Both the position numbers and the translations under genes were made by a program. Under the pieces are notes generated by a model. It worked only from the letters and a program-made list of their open reading frames with translations, made no database searches and was not told the DNA's origin. This document shows, one piece after another, positions 46,005 through 50,472 of a stretch of DNA of 50,472 nucleotides; the stretch's first letter is position 1; each line of letters begins with the position of its first letter. The stretch is from Candidatus Sungiibacteriota bacterium. GTDB lineage: Bacteria; Patescibacteriota; Minisyncoccia; Sungbacterales; HO2-52-23. The stretch lies in the NCBI GenBank assembly GCA_016186095.1, contig JACPMG010000019.1, positions 1-50,472 on the forward strand. Reading direction: 5' to 3'.

Positions 46005-47348
46005 TCATTCCTTTCTTATAAAATGGATTTTGGCAGAGTCGCTTGGCGCGTTAAAAAGCCAAGGCGGGAAAAAGGCGACATTGAAACTCGCCAGCTCCGC
46101 CCTGCTTTTAAGAACTTCTATCATCGACCCCTCTTTCTTGCCAACCAGAAGCAGGGAAAGTTCCTCCTCCGGCACAACCGACTCTACTTTTACATCGCCC
46201 CGTATCACCATGGTGGCCCGTTTTTTGCCGTATTCGACACTTCGCGACTGATACTCCACGCGAAACGAATCTTCGATCACTTTTCTCTTCATCTCTCCTT
46301 TAAGCACAACTTCCTTGAGAAAAGTCCGCATATCTTGTTCGCGGAACATAATCGCTCTCCCGCTCGCTTCCGCTTCCACCGAAAAACTGTCTCCCCGCGT
46401 ACCGGCCCGCGGAGAAGTCACTTTGACAATTTGAATCTCGCGCAACGCGTCAATCAACAGCAATCCCGAAGGAACTTTACGCGACATCTCTTCTTTTAAT
46501 TCATCAAATGCCTGCTTGGTTACCTGCTCTTCCGCTTTTTTAATATCATCTTGGGAAACAACGCGCGCCTCACCTCTAAACCCGCCGGCAAACCCGGATT
46601 TGACGATCGCATAAAAACTGTCATATTTGGCCGTACCTTTAAAACCAGGAATGGTTAATTTAAGCTCTCCGGATAAATTGGAGTCCTCTCCGGATTTGTC
46701 GGCCATCAGTTCCGCCTCAATCGAATTGGGCACAATCTTTCCTTCTTCTATTTTCGCGCCAGGGATCAATATATTTTTGGAAAGCCGAAAAAGCATTCCT
46801 GATTCGGTCAAAAAGCGCGTCCCCTCAACAAGTGTTTGCGGAGAAGAGCTGAATTTGTTGTAAATTTCAACTTTCCCGCGGGCCTTTTCCTCTATAAATT
46901 TCTTGCCACTTGATTCAAACTCCGCCCGCGCTTTCTTGGAAAACTCAAAAGCCTCCGCCGGGATAACCTGCTGGGCAATAAGCGGACGGGAAACCGATGC
47001 GTCAAGCGCAACCGATAGGTCCTGGAACGACACGCTCTCCACGCGCGGCCTAATCACCACGGTGAGACGCGCAAATACGGTTGAGAGAAGAATCGCGATT
47101 ACCAGAACAATGACACCGCCGCTGGCCATACCCCAAAAAAGAAGCGGTCTTCGAGCTGGACGAATCTCCTCTTTAATATCGGGCGCCAGTACATCTTCTT
47201 TGCCCGACTCCCTATGAGCGGCTGCCTCCTCATCGCGAAAACGGGAGAGCCATTCTTCTCCTTTCATTCTTCCCTCCTCCGCGGCCTTGTTTGACCGCTT
47301 GGTAGGAGAGCTTCCTTTTTTTCTTATGCCGTCGGTTATTTTACTCAC
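46005..47348 (-). CDS. Membrane-anchored protein with baseplate J/gp47-like domain
   Basis: TM then KARGKVEIYN....Q.LV.GTRF...G..F......IPG, A...G...N, GF.GG pattern. Confidence 0.65.
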   Translation of the reverse strand: MSKITDGIRKKGSSPTKRSNKAAEEGRMKGEEWLSRFRDEEAAAHRESGKEDVLAPDIKEEIRPARRPLLFWGMASGGVIVLVIAILLSTVFARLTVVIRPRVESVSFQDLSVALDASVSRPLIAQQVIPAEAFEFSKKARAEFESSGKKFIEEKARGKVEIYNKFSSSPQTLVEGTRFLTESGMLFRLSKNILIPGAKIEEGKIVPNSIEAELMADKSGEDSNLSGELKLTIPGFKGTAKYDSFYAIVKSGFAGGFRGEARVVSQDDIKKAEEQVTKQAFDELKEEMSRKVPSGLLLIDALREIQIVKVTSPRAGTRGDSFSVEAEASGRAIMFREQDMRTFLKEVVLKGEMKRKVIEDSFRVEYQSRSVEYGKKRATMVIRGDVKVESVVPEEELSLLLVGKKEGSMIEVLKSRAELASFNVAFFPPWLFNAPSDSAKIHFIRKE

Positions 47349-47353
47349 GAAAA

Positions 47354-47440
47354 CACACTAATCCACTTATTTTTACACTAATCCACGAATCACGAATATG
47401 TATTGGTGGATTGGTATGAGTCATTGGTGGATTTGTGTAC
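47354..47440. repeat. Intergenic palindromic array, same family as 16566-16645
   Basis: ACACTAATCCAC x2, CACGAAT, then inverted GTGGATT units. Confidence 0.75.
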
Positions 47441-47444
47441 AGAT

Positions 47445-48659
47445 TTACCCGAATAAAGGCGCGTGATCTCTGGAATACACGATGAGTGATGCAAGCCCCG
47501 CGTCCTCCGGTCCGGTTAAAAATCCTCCTAGCGTCTCCCCTCCAAAGAAATTCTCCGCGCGCAGTATCTGTACCTCCGGCGATGACACGTATGAAAAGCC
47601 GCCTATCCAGTCCGGCTTACGCACGGCATCCGCAATCTCCGCTAAATATGCGCCCCCGCCAAAAAGCAGTACTCGCGCGGGCAAAGGCCCTGTCGCATAG
47701 AAAGAATCGAGACTGGAAAGAAACATTTTTTTCCAATGCTCCGCCTCCTCTTTTAAAAATAAGCCCAATTCGCTCTTCTTGACAACGCCTACTCCTCCTG
47801 CCGCGTACTGGCGTTTCAAGTCGTCGGCCTCGTCAAAAGAAATTGAAAGCGTTTTGGCCGTACCGCGTACGAAGTGGTGCGCCCCAAAAGGAAACGATGC
47901 GACTTGCGCTATGGCTCCGTCTTTTAAAAGAGCCAGCGCCGTTTCCTCCCCGCCAATGTCTATCAAAAAAGCATCCGCTATCCCTAGGCCTTTTGGTATG
48001 CTCTCCTGATATGTGGCGGCAAGGGGCATAAATTCTATAGGCAGTCCTCCTAGACTTTGTTTGGCAGAGGCCAAAGCCGTTCCTATTTCCCCCTGGAAAT
48101 AAAGAAGCATCGTCTGAAAACCAACCGCACCTTTAACCGGTATCTTCTCCTGCGCGCTCCGGGGAATGATACGGTATTCATTCATCAACACGCCCAATGG
48201 ATACGCAACCAGCGCGCGCCCGGAGTCATGCTTCTGCTCAAAAAGGTTTTGAAAATATATGCCGAGCTCGCGGCGCGAAACAGAATTTTTTTTAGGAAGG
48301 TTTCCGCCGACAGTCCAGGTAGCGAGCGATGTATCCGCCAAATAAGCGCCCAGGGCGATGGTGATAACGGAAGGAACCCGGCCAAGTTCTTTTAAAGTCG
48401 AAAATAAAATCTCCCGCAGTTGTGTCACCACCCGCGCGGGATCCGGCGCGGAGGAGAATTTAAAAGCCGTCTTTTTGATAATCTTGGGCTTGGGCACCGC
48501 AATGTTACCGGACATTTCTCCGCCAAAGACGGATCCCTGCCCGACCGGCAGGCGGGCGCCTCCGGCGGAAAAAACAACGGTTTTTATGGAATGCGAACCC
48601 ACATCAATAACCGCCCGGAGATTTGGACTTTCACGCCTAAATAAATCATACCAAGCCAT
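47445..48659 (-). CDS. FtsA-like actin-fold ATPase (divergent)
   Basis: IDVGSHSIK, LIDIGGEET, FPFGAHHF, A..LK..Y, LFGGGAYL. Confidence 0.75.
   Translation of the reverse strand: MAWYDLFRRESPNLRAVIDVGSHSIKTVVFSAGGARLPVGQGSVFGGEMSGNIAVPKPKIIKKTAFKFSSAPDPARVVTQLREILFSTLKELGRVPSVITIALGAYLADTSLATWTVGGNLPKKNSVSRRELGIYFQNLFEQKHDSGRALVAYPLGVLMNEYRIIPRSAQEKIPVKGAVGFQTMLLYFQGEIGTALASAKQSLGGLPIEFMPLAATYQESIPKGLGIADAFLIDIGGEETALALLKDGAIAQVASFPFGAHHFVRGTAKTLSISFDEADDLKRQYAAGGVGVVKKSELGLFLKEEAEHWKKMFLSSLDSFYATGPLPARVLLFGGGAYLAEIADAVRKPDWIGGFSYVSSPEVQILRAENFFGGETLGGFLTGPEDAGLASLIVYSRDHAPLFG
48519..48569. repeat. 51-bp nested palindromic element inside the ftsA-like gene (SAGGARLPVGQGSVFGG)
   Basis: 28-nt core CGGATCCCTGCCCGACCGGCAGGCGGGC identical to lysS 5101-5128. 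Confidence 0.9.
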
Positions 48660-48691
48660 ATATAAAGTATATCATCTAATCAGCAGTCGCT

Positions 48692-50470
48692 CTACTCCGG
48701 TGTGCTTGTCGCGATTTCCGCAGTCGTAGCCGCCCCAAAGATTTCTTTAAACCGTTCCCTAGTCACGCATACGTCATCAACGCATAATTCTTTGGTGGTA
48801 ATTTTCTCCGTCTCAATTTCTTTGACGACGAGTTTTCCGGTTTCATCTATAGACCATTTCCCGTCCATTCCTAAAATTTTGGAGACGTTCAAAATGGAGT
48901 TTCCGTTGAGGTTGAGGTCGCCGAAGAAGGTTACATTCACTTTGCCGGATTGCTGGTCAATGCTCCACGCATTCGTGGGCGGGAAAACATCGGGTGTTGA
49001 CGGAGAAACACCCGATGTTGAGGAGTCCACGCTCAAGGTACTGGAGGCGTACTTGTTCTCCAACTCCTTAATCCTCTTCTCATGGTCAAAGAGATAAAGC
49101 TGTTGCTGTTCTTGTCCTTGCCAAATTTGGGTGACAAGATTCCCAAGAGACCTTTTGGCTTCAAAGTCAGAACGGCTGATCATCCAGGGAAGGTGGCGCT
49201 CGGTTTTGGCGAATTCCTCAACTTCAGAAAGAGAGTAGAGGGATTGGCCCTTATAATATGGGTCGTCTGGTTTGGGCTGACCATCGTAGTAGATATCAAA
49301 TACCCAGTCGGCGAGAAGAGTGCCGTCGTCGTAGACGGCAACGGCATTGAGGGTGCCTGCGCCTTTGTCACCGTCAGTGGGCGAGCCAACCTGAACACCA
49401 GGGCCAATAATTACTGTGTTTGTCCACGTGATCAAACTGCCAGCAGTACTAGCGGAAGAGCGAGAGAAATAGATATATCCCTGGTTACCACTGTATGTGA
49501 AGAGCATTCTGGTTGGCTCGGTGGTTCCATCGATGCGCCTGTCATCACCGTCATTATAGACGTTGCGGCCTAAAACCATCTCGGAGCCACCAAGATACGA
49601 ATAAAGCGATCCCCTGGCACCAAGTTGGATGGCCTCTTGCGTCCATCCCGGATCCGTCGCTACATTAAGGAAGATTTGGCTATCCGCATCATCTCCCACA
49701 GAAAGTTTGGCAGCCGGCGTCGTATCATCGATGCCGACGTTGCCCGCGCTTGTAATTCGCATCCGTTCGCTAAAAGCGCCAGAAGATGCCAGCCTGAAGA
49801 CTAGGTCACCAGTAGTATCTGCTCCTGCTCTTACTGCACCGATATCTACGATAGGATTAATTACTCCTGCGTCGTCTTGGATATTGAACCCGAGTAAAGG
49901 ACCGAATCCGTCTCCCATATCAGTCGTTTTTGTGCTAAGCAGTCTTGCTGCTCTTAAGCCACCGTCCGATGTCTGCTGAGAACGCTCAAATAGCGCTACG
50001 GTGTTTACGTCAGCGTGAACCGCGTGCAATACCCCCGAGGGATTAGCCGTCCCCACCCCCACATTCCCTGAATTGCTATTGATACTCAAGAAAGGAGTGA
50101 TGGTGGTTGATGTAGAAACACTCCAGGCATTAACTAGTCCCGTAGGTATCGTCGTAGTGGAAGAACTCGCATACACCATATTAATCCCCGACAACAGGAA
50201 GTCAGCGTTGGTGTTGGTGGTTAAGGAAGCCAGGGAGAAGAGAGCTCCGGGGGTGGAGGTGCCAAGGCCTACTCTGGTATTTACGTCATCAAATACGAAG
50301 TTGGTAGCTCCTCCAAAAGCTGTTCCTCCGTTGTTGTATTGTATCTGGGCGTCTGATCCTCCGGGAGTACCTCCCACACAGTTGCCTGTGGCATCTACAA
50401 TACAGCCTGTGGTCAGGGTAATTCCATTGGCAAAGGTGGAGGTTCCTGTTCCCCAGACGTTTAAAATATC
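48692..50470 (-). CDS. C-terminal part of a large fibre-like surface protein (gene begins beyond the window)
   Basis: Frame is open to the window end (DILNVWGTGTSTFANG...); repeated GNVG.GT..P / ERMRITSAGNVGI units; DWVF...SLSEVEEF....HLPW + coiled coil, resembling an intramolecular chaperone domain. Confidence 0.75.
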   Translation of the reverse strand, partial: DILNVWGTGTSTFANGITLTTGCIVDATGNCVGGTPGGSDAQIQYNNGGTAFGGATNFVFDDVNTRVGLGTSTPGALFSLASLTTNTNADFLLSGINMVYASSSTTTIPTGLVNAWSVSTSTTITPFLSINSNSGNVGVGTANPSGVLHAVHADVNTVALFERSQQTSDGGLRAARLLSTKTTDMGDGFGPLLGFNIQDDAGVINPIVDIGAVRAGADTTGDLVFRLASSGAFSERMRITSAGNVGIDDTTPAAKLSVGDDADSQIFLNVATDPGWTQEAIQLGARGSLYSYLGGSEMVLGRNVYNDGDDRRIDGTTEPTRMLFTYSGNQGYIYFSRSSASTAGSLITWTNTVIIGPGVQVGSPTDGDKGAGTLNAVAVYDDGTLLADWVFDIYYDGQPKPDDPYYKGQSLYSLSEVEEFAKTERHLPWMISRSDFEAKRSLGNLVTQIWQGQEQQQLYLFDHEKRIKELENKYASSTLSVDSSTSGVSPSTPDVFPPTNAWSIDQQSGKVNVTFFGDLNLNGNSILNVSKILGMDGKWSIDETGKLVVKEIETEKITTKELCVDDVCVTRERFKEIFGAATTAEIATSTPE

Positions 50471-50472
50471 CT

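Overview
A 50.5-kb chromosomal segment whose gene content and protein style point to a Patescibacteria/CPR (Parcubacteria-like) bacterium; this taxonomy is inferred. Almost all genes lie on the minus strand. Housekeeping genes include ftsQ, alr, serS, lysS, greA, mrdA-mreDCB, proS, gap, gdhA, trxB, pgi/pmi, metK (under a SAM-I riboswitch), a thiol-redox cluster, rseP (frameshifted), tlyA, frr, holB, a second mreB, murA and the infA-rpmJ-rpsMKD-rpoA-rplQ-rplM-rpsI ribosomal block. There are two very large surface proteins: a 1697-aa Cys-rich mosaic and a fibre-like protein truncated by the window end. No transposase, integrase, CRISPR array, rRNA or complete tRNA was seen. The most unusual signal is a layer of non-coding structured elements. 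(1) Four diverged copies of a ~150-170-nt multi-stem element with covarying stems and conserved loops; three of them abut stop codons (murA, rpoA, rpmJ). (2) Miniature TIR elements, two of which sit on and duplicate the start codon of a gene. (3) Short palindromes and heptamer arrays inserted in frame inside conserved genes (serS, lysS, proS, alr, gdhA, ftsA-like) and inside the SAM riboswitch.
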